Origin: Candidatus Delongbacteria bacterium
GTDB lineage: Bacteria > CAIWAD01
Direction of reading: 5' to 3'
DNA: 64,000 nt
Assembly (NCBI GenBank): GCA_963663545.1
Contig: OY760505.1
Location: forward strand, 1,280,001-1,344,000
This document shows positions 10,286-19,984 of the stretch, piece after piece; within the stretch, counting starts at the first letter, position 1, and every line of letters begins with the position of its first letter. Under the pieces are notes generated by a model. It saw nothing but the letters and a program-made list of their open reading frames with translations, made no database searches and was not told the origin of the DNA. Both the position numbers and the translations under genes were made by a program.

Positions 10286-12304
10286 CTAGTTGTAGAAGGT
10301 CCAACGCACGCCAACGCGATCTTCGCGTCCCAGCTCGGGATAACCAGCCACACGTTGGATCTCTGCGTCAAGCAGGTTACGCACGCTGTAGAAGAAAGTG
10401 AAAGTGCGCAAACGGACCTCGCTGTACAACCAGAGATCGGGTGCCTCCCATAAGTCCGCCTCAGCACTGTCAATGCCGCCGTACTCGTAGTGCACGCCCA
10501 GAGTTGTGTGCCAGTGCAAATCTCCCTTGAACAGGCAAGTATGAAAGCGCAGGCCGCCTTCGCTGATACTGGTAGCAAACTCGCGGCTGACAAAATCCTT
10601 GCTGCACTCAAAGACCCCCTGAGTAGCAAAGGCACTGAAATGGCGACCGAAAGTACGCGTCCACCACAACTGTGCACCGCTGTAATTGGCGTCAAGATTC
10701 TGCCATGTACGCAGCGAGTCGTTCATTGATACAAGAACAGATTCGTCGCGTGATACAAGATACCAGGCACGCGCATTTAGCTCGCCAAGCACCGTCTTGC
10801 CACTCTGCAAACGAAGCTCTAGTCGCTGCCAGCGTTGATCTTCCAGCGAATAGTTAGGAACGAGTGTTTGGCTGGAGCCACGCCACCAGGGATCTGTGGC
10901 TACTTCCTGCAGTGTTGGATACCGTGTTACATACAGTTGTTCGAGTGTAGGTGAGCGACGCCCAGAATCGAGAAGAAGCCCCACACTCGCTTCGGGCACA
11001 GAAGGCAGTGGCAACCCTCGCTGAAGCTCAAGCCCGAAATCGTGATACAAATGGTCCCAGTCGCTGCGCTGTCCAAACAGGCCTTTGGCCAGTAAATGGA
11101 AATCCCAGGGTAATTCGCCCTGGACACGAAGGCGGGTACTATGCTCCCTGATATCGTCTTGCCAATCGGGCGTCGACAATTCTTGCCACTCAATAGAAGA
11201 ACTCAAATCAAAACGCCACTCGGCAAATACGCTCTGAGCACCTCCGCTCAGGCCACGTAGCCGTCCACGATCTGCCAACAGCGTATCACTGGAAACAAAT
11301 TTCTCGGAATCATTACGCCGCCATGCATCAAAGGAAAACAATACGGGCAACATCGAACGCTGTTGTATCACGCGCGCCCGTAGCAGACTCTGCTGCAAGC
11401 GGCATTCGTTCGAGTAGCTTCCCAGCTGATCATGCTCATCGCGCAAGATGCGCTGATCCAACTTCAACAGCCAGGAACCGAAATGCCGATCCCAGTTCCA
11501 GAAGAAGAGATTTCCGCGGTAGTTGGCACCTGTTGTTCGCTTGCCAGTAAAGACCTGACGCGCGGCCAAGGTCAAACCTCCGTTGAACAAGGGACGGCGG
11601 AAATCACCCTCAGTAGTCAGGAATTCGTAGAAGCCTTCGTAGCTGCGGATTCGTGTTACAACACTAGGCTCTGTCGCTCGCAGACTCTGCAACTCGATGA
11701 CACCGCCCGGCCGCCCGGTGGCGGAGCGGCTCCACACATCCTGCTCCAATGTATCACACAGCGTAAAGGAACCCAGCAGGTTCAGATTCGTCTGCCCCGT
11801 GATACGACTGCCCAGATCCAGCCCATCCAGCACAATTGTCGATTGCGTGGTGGGCATGCCGTCCAGGCCGATGTACTGGCGATGGCCTACATTGGCTAAA
11901 TCGAAGAGCGGACCCGCGACCAGCGGCGAAAGTTGATCCGCAAGGTCCTCACGCGGACGGTCGAGCTGGTAGGAAATCCCAGGAAGCAATGCTGTATCAC
12001 GCTGCTGAAGGTCGACCTTCTTCAATCGCCACTTAATCGGCTCTAGTATCACGGAATCCGCTTGCAGCCCACCAGGGGGGGCAGCGGGAATCAGGATAGG
12101 CAGCATAAGGCTGTCTGCGCTCAGGCTATCTTGCGGTGATACAAAAACGGGAGCGTGCGAATCATCGCCCGGCGGTGCTTTCTTGGCAGCAATCCCCTGG
12201 GAAGCGGCCAGGCCCGGGAGCAGAAAAAGGCCGACGCCGGCAGCAAGCAGTTTCGGCCACCAGGGGATGGCCTGAGCTGTTAACTGCCGGAATCGACCCA
12301 GCAT
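10286..12304 (-). CDS. outer-membrane beta-barrel protein (TonB-receptor/porin-like)
   Basis: Signal-like N-terminus after AAGGAGGA RBS; plug-like 'IVLDG..GGVIEL'; C-terminal 'VRNLLD..GVRWTFYN'. Confidence 0.65.
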   Translation of the reverse strand: MLGRFRQLTAQAIPWWPKLLAAGVGLFLLPGLAASQGIAAKKAPPGDDSHAPVFVSPQDSLSADSLMLPILIPAAPPGGLQADSVILEPIKWRLKKVDLQQRDTALLPGISYQLDRPREDLADQLSPLVAGPLFDLANVGHRQYIGLDGMPTTQSTIVLDGLDLGSRITGQTNLNLLGSFTLCDTLEQDVWSRSATGRPGGVIELQSLRATEPSVVTRIRSYEGFYEFLTTEGDFRRPLFNGGLTLAARQVFTGKRTTGANYRGNLFFWNWDRHFGSWLLKLDQRILRDEHDQLGSYSNECRLQQSLLRARVIQQRSMLPVLFSFDAWRRNDSEKFVSSDTLLADRGRLRGLSGGAQSVFAEWRFDLSSSIEWQELSTPDWQDDIREHSTRLRVQGELPWDFHLLAKGLFGQRSDWDHLYHDFGLELQRGLPLPSVPEASVGLLLDSGRRSPTLEQLYVTRYPTLQEVATDPWWRGSSQTLVPNYSLEDQRWQRLELRLQSGKTVLGELNARAWYLVSRDESVLVSMNDSLRTWQNLDANYSGAQLWWTRTFGRHFSAFATQGVFECSKDFVSREFATSISEGGLRFHTCLFKGDLHWHTTLGVHYEYGGIDSAEADLWEAPDLWLYSEVRLRTFTFFYSVRNLLDAEIQRVAGYPELGREDRVGVRWTFYN

Positions 12305-12356
12305 GGGCACTGCGTCCTCCTTCAACAGGCGGGTCCGAAGACCCGGACGCAACGTG

Positions 12357-12707
12357 CTAGCGCGTACTCTTCTCGCGGATACGGGCGGCCTTGCCACTGC
12401 GTCCACGCAGGTAGTACAACTTGGCACGACGAACGCGACCACTGCGCACGACCACAAGCTTCTCGATCTTCGGGCTGTGCAGCGGGAAAATACGCTCCAC
12501 GCCAAAGCCCTTGACCACCTTACGGACGGTGAAAGTCGCTGTGGGGCTGTTGCCACCGCTGCGGGCAATCACGACACCAGTGTAAACCTGGATACGCTCT
12601 TTGTTGCCCTCGATGATGCGCACGTGCACATCCACGGTGTCACCAGGGCTGAACTGCGGCAGATCCTCGCGCACCACGGGCTTGAATTCGCTCTTGAGCA
12701 GGCTCAT
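12357..12707 (-). CDS. rplS: 50S ribosomal protein L19
   Basis: [46 protein letters not shown]. Confidence 0.97.
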   Translation of the reverse strand: MSLLKSEFKPVVREDLPQFSPGDTVDVHVRIIEGNKERIQVYTGVVIARSGGNSPTATFTVRKVVKGFGVERIFPLHSPKIEKLVVVRSGRVRRAKLYYLRGRSGKAARIREKSTR

Positions 12708-12738
12708 TTCGGGCCTCCTTCTATCTCGTATTTCCTCG

Positions 12739-13449
12739 TCACTCGTCCGCGCCCGAAAGCAGATCGGGACGCTTGCGCTTCGTCCGTTCAAGCCGCTGTC
12801 CGGCACGCCACTTCTCAATCCTGGCGTGATGTCCCGAAAGCAGGATCTCCGGCACTGCCATTTCACGGAACTCCGCAGGCCTGGTGTACACCGGAGCGTC
12901 CAACAGGCCATCTTCAAGAGAATCGGTATCCGCCGACTCCATGCGGCTGATGGCGCCCGGCAGCAAACGCACCAGCGCATCCATCAGAACCATCGCGGCC
13001 AGCTCTCCCCCGGACAGAATATAGTCGCCGATGCTGATCTCCAGATCAACACAGGAAGCCATGAAGCGCTCGTCGACGCCCTTGTAGCGACCGCAGAAAA
13101 GGATCATGTGATCCACCTCTGCCGCCATCCTACGCGCATCGGCCTGCTTCAGCGGGAAGCCCTGCGGACTGGTCAAAGCAACCAGCGGTCGCGGGGCATC
13201 CGGACGCTCCTCGCGGGCGCGCTCAAGCAGCTCCTCAAGGCAAGCGAACAGCGGCTCCGGCTTCATCACCATGCCCGCGCCTCCGCCGAAGATCTCGTCA
13301 TCGGTCTTGAAATGAGGCGGCGAGGCCCAATCCCGCAACTGGTGCAGGCGGATGTCGACGATTCCGCGTTCACGCGCCCGCTTGATGATGGATTCATCCA
13401 GCGGACCGGCGAACATCTCGGGAAAGATGCTGACAACGTCAATGATCAT
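12739..13449 (-). CDS. trmD: tRNA (guanine37-N1)-methyltransferase
   Basis: [39 protein letters not shown]. Confidence 0.97.
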   Translation of the reverse strand: MIIDVVSIFPEMFAGPLDESIIKRARERGIVDIRLHQLRDWASPPHFKTDDEIFGGGAGMVMKPEPLFACLEELLERAREERPDAPRPLVALTSPQGFPLKQADARRMAAEVDHMILFCGRYKGVDERFMASCVDLEISIGDYILSGGELAAMVLMDALVRLLPGAISRMESADTDSLEDGLLDAPVYTRPAEFREMAVPEILLSGHHARIEKWRAGQRLERTKRKRPDLLSGADE

Positions 13450-13969
13450 CGGGCACCATCCCTGCGGGCAACATGCCCTCCAAAGGACGGATCACGAGAT
13501 ACCCGTCTTCGACGTGTACCTCTGGTACGAACTGCTCGAGAGAAGGAACCAGCGCTTCGAATTCGCCCTGTTGTATCACGTACACGTGTGAGGATGGCAT
13601 TTCCAGCACATCCGCAACACGACCCACAACACGGCCATCTTCCAGGCGCACTTCAAGGCCGATCAAATCGGCAATGAAGTTCTCATTCTCCGCGAGCGGC
13701 GGAAGGTCGTCCCGGTGCATGGCAAGCCAGCTTCCGCGTGCCTCTTCCGCCTGAGTGCGAGTGGCAATCTCGGCGAAACGCAGGCTTACACGGTTGCCAC
13801 TTTGCAAGCCATCTACGACGGTTAGCGGATGTAATCCGTCCTTGCGTCGAAGATAGAGCCGAACGCCCTCCAGCAGGCGGGCCGGGTCATCGCTCAGCGA
13901 CTCAATCCACACGTCCCCGCGCAAACCACGAGGGCGCGAGATGCGGCCAATGTCGATGTACTCGTCCAT
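13439..13969 (-). CDS. rimM: ribosome maturation factor RimM
   Basis: [22 protein letters not shown] barrel; synteny rpsP-rimM-trmD-rplS. Confidence 0.95.
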   Translation of the reverse strand: MDEYIDIGRISRPRGLRGDVWIESLSDDPARLLEGVRLYLRRKDGLHPLTVVDGLQSGNRVSLRFAEIATRTQAEEARGSWLAMHRDDLPPLAENENFIADLIGLEVRLEDGRVVGRVADVLEMPSSHVYVIQQGEFEALVPSLEQFVPEVHVEDGYLVIRPLEGMLPAGMVPDDH

Positions 13970-13986
13970 GCCTGCAGAAACCGGGC

Positions 13987-14490
13987 TTACTCGGCAGCAG
14001 CCTCGCCCTCAGCGGGCTCCTCGGAAGCAGCGGCCTCTTCTTCTGCCTTGGCAGCAGCAGCGGCCTCAGCAGCCTTGCGGGCTTCTTCTTCCTTGCGGCG
14101 ACGCTCGTCAGCCTTGACGGCCTCTTCTGCCTTGCGGCGAGCCTCGGCGGCGACCTTGTCGGCCTTGTCCTGATGCAGCTCAAGGTGCTTGACGACGGCG
14201 TTGCCGATCTCCTCCTCGCTGGCACCACGCTTCTTCAGATCGAAGGCGAGCAGAATGCCGCGACGGGAAAGCAGATTGCGAACGGTGTCGCTGGGCTGAG
14301 CACCACTAGACAGCCACTTGATGGCGGCTTCCTGGTCGATGTCGATGGTAGCCGGATTGGTCAGCGGGTTGTAGGTACCCACGCACTCGATGTAGGAACC
14401 ATCACGACGCTTGCGCGAGTCCACGGCGATGACGCGGTAGAACGGACGCTTCTTGCGACCCATGCGGGTCAGGCGCAGCTTGACAGCCAC
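13987..14490 (-). CDS. rpsP: 30S ribosomal protein S16 with Ala/Glu/Lys-rich C-terminal extension
   Basis: [27 protein letters not shown]. Confidence 0.97.
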   Translation of the reverse strand: MAVKLRLTRMGRKKRPFYRVIAVDSRKRRDGSYIECVGTYNPLTNPATIDIDQEAAIKWLSSGAQPSDTVRNLLSRRGILLAFDLKKRGASEEEIGNAVVKHLELHQDKADKVAAEARRKAEEAVKADERRRKEEEARKAAEAAAAAKAEEEAAASEEPAEGEAAAE

Positions 14491-14505
14491 GTTTTCCTCC
14501 GAAAG

Positions 14506-15939
14506 TTATCGCTTCTTGCCCTTTTTCCGGCTCTGCGAATTGCGCTTGGCGCGCTGCAACGCGAAGCCGGCCGAAACCGGATTCACCTGGCTTGGGGGAG
14601 TGGGCCCCGCCGCAGGCTTGGCCGCCGGCGCACGCATGCCGCCGAAAGCACCGAACCCGGAAAGCTGCTTCATCATGTCCTTCATCGCGAAGTACTGGTT
14701 CAGCAGCAGGGTTACATCATTTTCTGTCACTCCACAGCCGCGCGAAATACGCTTCTTGCGGCTTCCGTTGATCACCTTGGGATTGCCGCGCTCTTCCTTG
14801 GTCATCGATTGAATGATGGCCTCGGTGCGCGTGAGCTGCTTGGGATCGAAATCCAGATCCTTCAGCTTGTTGCCCACTCCCGGGATCATTTTCAGCAGGC
14901 CTTCCAGCGGACCCAGTCGCTTGAGCATCTGCAGCTGCGACAGGAAATCCTCCAGATCGAACTCGGCGCGCTGAATCTTGGCCGCCATCTTCTCGGCGTC
15001 CGCGCGCTCTACCTGCTCCTCGACCTTCTCCACCAGGCTGACCACATCGCCCATGCCCAGAATGCGCTGGGCCATGCGATCGGGGTGGAAGGGCTCAATG
15101 GCCTCGAGCTTTTCGCCCAGACCAATGTACTTCAGCGGTTTGCCAGTGACCACGCGAATGGACAGCGCGGCACCACCGCGTGTATCACCGTCGAGCTTGG
15201 TCAGCACCACACCGTGGAACTGCAAGCGCTCGTTGAACTCGCGGGCGGCGTTGACCGCGTCCTGGCCGATCATGGCGTCTGCGACAAAGAGGATCTCGTG
15301 AGGCTGGATAACCTCGCGGATGCGCTCGACTTCGCGCATCATCTCTTCGTCGATATGCAGACGACCGGCGGTATCTACAAAGATCAGATCCGCGCCCTGG
15401 CGACGAGCCTCTTCAAGGCCCTCGACCGCCGTGCGGACGGCGTCGTTGTCGACGGGACGGAAAACGGGCACTCCGAGTTGCCCGCCCAGGGTCACCAACT
15501 GCTCGACGGCAGCCGGACGATAAATGTCAGCGGCGATCAGGAAGGGACGTGCCCCCCTGCGGCGCTTGAGCCATCCAGCCAGTTTGGCGGCGGTAGTGGT
15601 TTTGCCGCTGCCCTGCAGACCGGCCATCATCACCACCGTGGGACCGTCGTTGGCTTTCGCCAGCTCGACGTGTTCGCCGCCCAGCATGTCAACCAGCTCA
15701 TCGTGCAGGATCTTGATGAACTGCTGACCGGGATTCACGCCCTTCAACACATCGGCGCCCTGCGCGGCTTGTGTCACGCGGTCGACGAAGTCGCGGGCGA
15801 CGCGCACATTGACGTCGGCTTCAAGCAACGCGCGACGAATCTCGCGAACCGTCTCATCAATGTTGCTCTCGCTTATCCGCGCGGTGCCTTTCAGCCCGCG
15901 CAGAATGCTGTCGAACCGCTCCTGAAGAGCATCAAACAT
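14506..15939 (-). CDS. ffh: signal recognition particle protein
   Basis: GLQGSGKTT, DTAGR, TKLDGDTRGG, RMAQRILGMGD, M-domain. Confidence 0.97.
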   Translation of the reverse strand: MFDALQERFDSILRGLKGTARISESNIDETVREIRRALLEADVNVRVARDFVDRVTQAAQGADVLKGVNPGQQFIKILHDELVDMLGGEHVELAKANDGPTVVMMAGLQGSGKTTTAAKLAGWLKRRRGARPFLIAADIYRPAAVEQLVTLGGQLGVPVFRPVDNDAVRTAVEGLEEARRQGADLIFVDTAGRLHIDEEMMREVERIREVIQPHEILFVADAMIGQDAVNAAREFNERLQFHGVVLTKLDGDTRGGAALSIRVVTGKPLKYIGLGEKLEAIEPFHPDRMAQRILGMGDVVSLVEKVEEQVERADAEKMAAKIQRAEFDLEDFLSQLQMLKRLGPLEGLLKMIPGVGNKLKDLDFDPKQLTRTEAIIQSMTKEERGNPKVINGSRKKRISRGCGVTENDVTLLLNQYFAMKDMMKQLSGFGAFGGMRAPAAKPAAGPTPPSQVNPVSAGFALQRAKRNSQSRKKGKKR

Positions 15940-16009
15940 GCGTCACAGTCCCAAATCGTGCAAATCGCTGAGTGTAGTAGTTGAATGCGATAAGAGCAAG
16001 CGAGAGCAA

Positions 16010-16603
16010 TCAGATAGAGCCTCGGCCCGCTGCTGGAGACCAGAGAATTTCGCCCTTTGGCTGGTTCAGCACCCGCGCCAAAACGAAAAGCAGGTCTGAA
16101 AGGCGATTCAAATAGACGAGAACCTGGCTGTTCACTTCGCCGGCTGCAGCTTCTTCCTCTAGAAATGCCAGCTCATTTACGCGACGTTCGGCACGACGGC
16201 ACAGCGTGCGCGCCATGTGCAATTCCGCTGCGGCGCGAGTGCCTCCCGGCAGGACGAAGCTCTCCAGCGGCTGCAGATCGGCGTTCCATTCCTGCTGCCA
16301 GCTTTCGAGGCGCTTTATGTAGTCTTCGCTAATGCGCAGACGATCGCCGTCGGGGCCTGGCACCGCAAGGTCGCCGCCCAGATCAAAGAGGTCATTCTGC
16401 ACGATACGAAGCTGGGCACACATCTTCTCCGGTGCCTCTTCTGCCAGCACGCCCGCCAGCGCGCAGCCGAGGAGCGCGTTCAGCTCGTCGACGGTGCCAT
16501 AGGCTTCCACGCGGGGGTGATGCTTGGCCACCCGCTGGCCGTTGCCGAGGCTGGTCTGGCCTTTGTCGCCGGTGGCTGTGGTGATGGTGGACAATCGGAC
16601 CAC
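16010..16603 (-). CDS. PduO-type cob(I)alamin adenosyltransferase
   Basis: TGDKGQTSL, AYGTVDELN, FVLPGG, RRAER, YLNRLSDLLF. Confidence 0.92.
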   Translation of the reverse strand: MVRLSTITTATGDKGQTSLGNGQRVAKHHPRVEAYGTVDELNALLGCALAGVLAEEAPEKMCAQLRIVQNDLFDLGGDLAVPGPDGDRLRISEDYIKRLESWQQEWNADLQPLESFVLPGGTRAAAELHMARTLCRRAERRVNELAFLEEEAAAGEVNSQVLVYLNRLSDLLFVLARVLNQPKGEILWSPAAGRGSI

Positions 16604-16689
16604 TCGCGCCTTCCTTTTTCAATCGGTATCAAGCAACAAGCTAACACATTCGCCAAAGGGCGAGGCCTTTCGGTGCTTGATTTCTCAGC

Positions 16690-16751
16690 CGCTGGCGCGG
16701 GCGTACGCTGGCGCTAAGCCGAAAGATGCCGCTTTCTTTGTCGCGACAAAG
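16690..16751 (+). repeat. dispersed REP-like element, copy 1
   Basis: About 62 bp closely matching the reverse complement of 29973-30036; ends in a CTTTGTCGCGACAAAG palindrome. Confidence 0.75.
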
Positions 16752-17307
16752 TGTGTCCCGCCTTCGGCGTGACACCTCGACGAAGTCGCACACAGGCTAC
16801 AGCTGAACACGCTTGGCTACTGAGATGTGCGCCTTCGTCCATAGTTTTCAAACGCTAGCTTGGTCAACCGCCGCGGGCGGGTACCATTTGGTGGCTGGTG
16901 GGCTACGCTCATGTGTTCACACCTTCGGTGTTCACTAGTGGTCTTGCGGCCAGGTGTTGTAAGCTAGCTGTGGGGATAGGTTGCTGGAATACGTGTAGAA
17001 CCGGCGGAGCCGATTCTTCCTCTTCTCTTCGACAGGATGCCATTGTACCCTATGGACGAAGCCGTGCAGTTTAGTAGCGAAGAGATTGCAGCAATTCATG
17101 ATGCGCGGCTTCGTCGAGGTGTCATGCGCGAAGCGCAGGACACACATGGACCGAAGACCCACAATTTGCTGGAGATTCGAGTCCGGGTGCGAAGTGCGCG
17201 ACACACTTTTTCAGGGCGTGAATGATACTCATTCACATCATGAATAGATATCCGTGTTCCACGCGCTCTCCCCGATTGAGAATTCGGTCTTGCTGGCTTG
17301 GGAGGAA

Positions 17308-19869
17308 TCACTTGAGTAACAAGGCCTTCCGTGTCATCGACACCCCTTCTCCACGCAGGCAAATCAAATACACGCCACTCGCCAGCGAGTTGCCGTCAAG
17401 GGTGACAAGATGTTCTCCGGCGGCAAAGTCTGTGTCGGCCAGGGTCTGGACGAACTGGCCGCGGAGGTTGTAGGCCTGCAGGGTGAAGTGGCCAGCCTGG
17501 GGTAGCGTGAAGGGGATGGTGGTCACCGGGTTGAAGGGGTTGGGGTAGGCGGAGCCGAGAGTAGGGGACGCGGGGCACCGGCGGTTCGGAGCAATAATGT
17601 GCGGCAGCCCAGTGGTGTACCAGCTTGTGTCTAGCACCGCCGCGTGCAGACCACCTGTGTAGCCGATGTCTGCCCTTGCATCACCCTGGCTCGGCCAGAT
17701 CGCAAAGCCATCCTGATCAACCTGGTCAAATGTGCTGTCAAGCCCCGCATCGATGCAAGGGCTTGTACTGGCCAGGAAGGGCACGCCCAGATCGGGATCA
17801 AAACCAGGCTCGTCGCCAATGATGTTGCCAAAGCCTTCCATGGATTCCTGCAGATAGCAGTGTTGATACTGCGCAGGGTAGGTCAAATCCTGGAATAGGT
17901 CATACTGGTTGTTCACGATGATGCTGTTTCGCACATCGTAACGAGATTCAGGGTCGTCCTCAAAGTAGAAAAGCACGGGAAGTGTACAGTTCACAACGGT
18001 GAAGTTCTCCATGACACCAGAATACCAGCCCGAACAGGTTGCCGCACTGTGCATGCCCATTCGGTATGGATAGGAGTGATAGAACTCTTGAGTGTAAATG
18101 CCATCGATATACACATTAGATATAAAAGCGTTGTAGCCAGCAAGAAAGACGCCCATACGACCTGAGTTAATAACTTCGATGTTCTCGGCGTGCAAGGACC
18201 AGAAATCGGCGGCAAAGATCCCCCCATCATCGCAGTCCTCGATCCGTACTCCATCCAAATAGACAATAGGCTGCACAGGTGAACCGCTTGGCTCGATGGC
18301 AAACACTCCCGACACGCCGAAGGACCCACCCATCCAGGTGTTATCCGGTACGACGTTGTAGTGCCTGTTCCCTTCGAAGTGCAGGTTTCGGGCGTACAAC
18401 GTGGCATTGGCCATGTTAGCATGAAGGACATACCCGTAGTCGGCATACATGCAGCCATTGGACAAGGACGTATTGAAGAGAGAATCGTGATCTATGACCG
18501 TGTTGTTTAGAAACTCAATATTCTCAAGGGTAACTGGATACTCCGGTATTGAATGATAAATAGCGAGGATGCCGCCATTACCGAACTTCACGCCATCATA
18601 AGGGTCGTCAGGATTCGTCAGTAACTCGATTGTGTTGTCCTGAAAGCGAGAGTTGGTGATGGAAATCTTGGATCCAACAATGCTCGGATCTGTTCCTGCA
18701 CTGCCGATCCACTCCCCGCCCATGTAGTTCCCCTCGGCAAGGAGGCTATCTACCCTACCACCCGAGCTACAGCTAATCCCCAAGATCTGACCGCGCTCAT
18801 TGGAGTTGTCAATCAGTCTCACATTCCGAACATCGCAAGAATCGGCTGATATGCCCACAACAGACCGAGAGCTCCCCTCGGTGTCCGTCACATTGTCAAT
18901 GGAATTTCGCTCGACAATCAAGCGATCCATACGTAACATTGTTTCCACATCATCAAATGCGTTTGTAGACACACCAAAAAGTTCCGACTCACAATTCGAG
19001 TTATCGTAAATGCGGGTATTGGTGATTGTACAATCATCGGAGAAGTGGATGAGCACCGGGACTTCTGGAGCCTCGTTGAAGCCGGTAATGACCAACGAAT
19101 CAACCACTAACGGGCACTGTGTTGAGATATCCAACACGCGAGCACCACCCAGATTCGGCGTAGCCACGAAATCATTTATCTGAATCATCTCGTCTGAGCA
19201 GACGTATATACATGCATGCTGATGCTCGCCATCCGTGGCCTGGCACCCGAACACTCGCACCAAGTTCAGTGTTACCGATCCGCTATACCTTGGACCATGC
19301 GGCTGAGGCATTACTCGCATGGCAAGCCCGAAGAAATCTGCTGTATGGTCTCGAAACACCACATGATCCAGACTTACGTCAACGCTATCCCAAACGGCCA
19401 ACCCGCCCGCGTAGCAATAGAGTTCATCCATCTCCGAATGACCACGACCATTCTGGATCGTCAAGCCAATGCAGGCCAGGCGTTTGTCACCAACTCCCGT
19501 ATCGATCACTGTGGAATCACCGCTACCATCCAGCATGGTGGCAGCCACATGAGCCGTATCGCCATCGAATAAGTAGTGAGAAGCCAGGGTCAGGTCGTGA
19601 TGCGGGAGGTGTAAATGGCAGTGATACAAGCCGTCAGCGATCAATATGGTGTCGCCTGGTGAGCTGCCATTGACCGCGTCCGTGACATCGGCGATGTCCG
19701 CTGGAACATGGGTGACAGTAGCGAATGCAGTACAGATCATGAGTAGGACCAGCAGTACCAGCGTCTTGGTCGATCGGATCGTGATGCAGATGAGTTGAAA
19801 TGCCCCGTGCACCGTGAGTCCCTGCCCTTGATTTGTGATACAAGAAGATAGCTCCCTTAGGTACTCCAC
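17308..19869 (-). CDS. secreted beta-helix-repeat protein with T9SS-type/FlgD-Ig C-terminal domain
   Basis: 'GDTILIADG' N-terminus, parallel beta-helix-like repeats, SPCIDAG..DIG, C-terminal YPNPFNP..ASGVY..LLLK; true start uncertain. Confidence 0.8.
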   Translation of the reverse strand: MEYLRELSSCITNQGQGLTVHGAFQLICITIRSTKTLVLLVLLMICTAFATVTHVPADIADVTDAVNGSSPGDTILIADGLYHCHLHLPHHDLTLASHYLFDGDTAHVAATMLDGSGDSTVIDTGVGDKRLACIGLTIQNGRGHSEMDELYCYAGGLAVWDSVDVSLDHVVFRDHTADFFGLAMRVMPQPHGPRYSGSVTLNLVRVFGCQATDGEHQHACIYVCSDEMIQINDFVATPNLGGARVLDISTQCPLVVDSLVITGFNEAPEVPVLIHFSDDCTITNTRIYDNSNCESELFGVSTNAFDDVETMLRMDRLIVERNSIDNVTDTEGSSRSVVGISADSCDVRNVRLIDNSNERGQILGISCSSGGRVDSLLAEGNYMGGEWIGSAGTDPSIVGSKISITNSRFQDNTIELLTNPDDPYDGVKFGNGGILAIYHSIPEYPVTLENIEFLNNTVIDHDSLFNTSLSNGCMYADYGYVLHANMANATLYARNLHFEGNRHYNVVPDNTWMGGSFGVSGVFAIEPSGSPVQPIVYLDGVRIEDCDDGGIFAADFWSLHAENIEVINSGRMGVFLAGYNAFISNVYIDGIYTQEFYHSYPYRMGMHSAATCSGWYSGVMENFTVVNCTLPVLFYFEDDPESRYDVRNSIIVNNQYDLFQDLTYPAQYQHCYLQESMEGFGNIIGDEPGFDPDLGVPFLASTSPCIDAGLDSTFDQVDQDGFAIWPSQGDARADIGYTGGLHAAVLDTSWYTTGLPHIIAPNRRCPASPTLGSAYPNPFNPVTTIPFTLPQAGHFTLQAYNLRGQFVQTLADTDFAAGEHLVTLDGNSLASGVYLICLRGEGVSMTRKALLLK

Positions 19870-19984
19870 GGAAGTAAAAGGCGTTATCGGAACAGGTTTT
19901 GATTCTTCTGGCGGTTTGTGCTGCAGGAAAGCATGCGGGAAAACGCCTATCCTGCCCGTAACGCATTGCCTCCGAAAAGCAAGC

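Noticed and set aside
13738..15984. 748-aa plus-strand ORF and similar long ORFs (12601-13677, 30188-31078, 33360-34508, 35733-36914, 56547-57518)
   Set aside because: Antisense shadows of well-supported genes in GC-rich DNA
17037..17225. Possible HEPN-antitoxin remnant ('PKTHNL')
   Set aside because: Too short and weak to support
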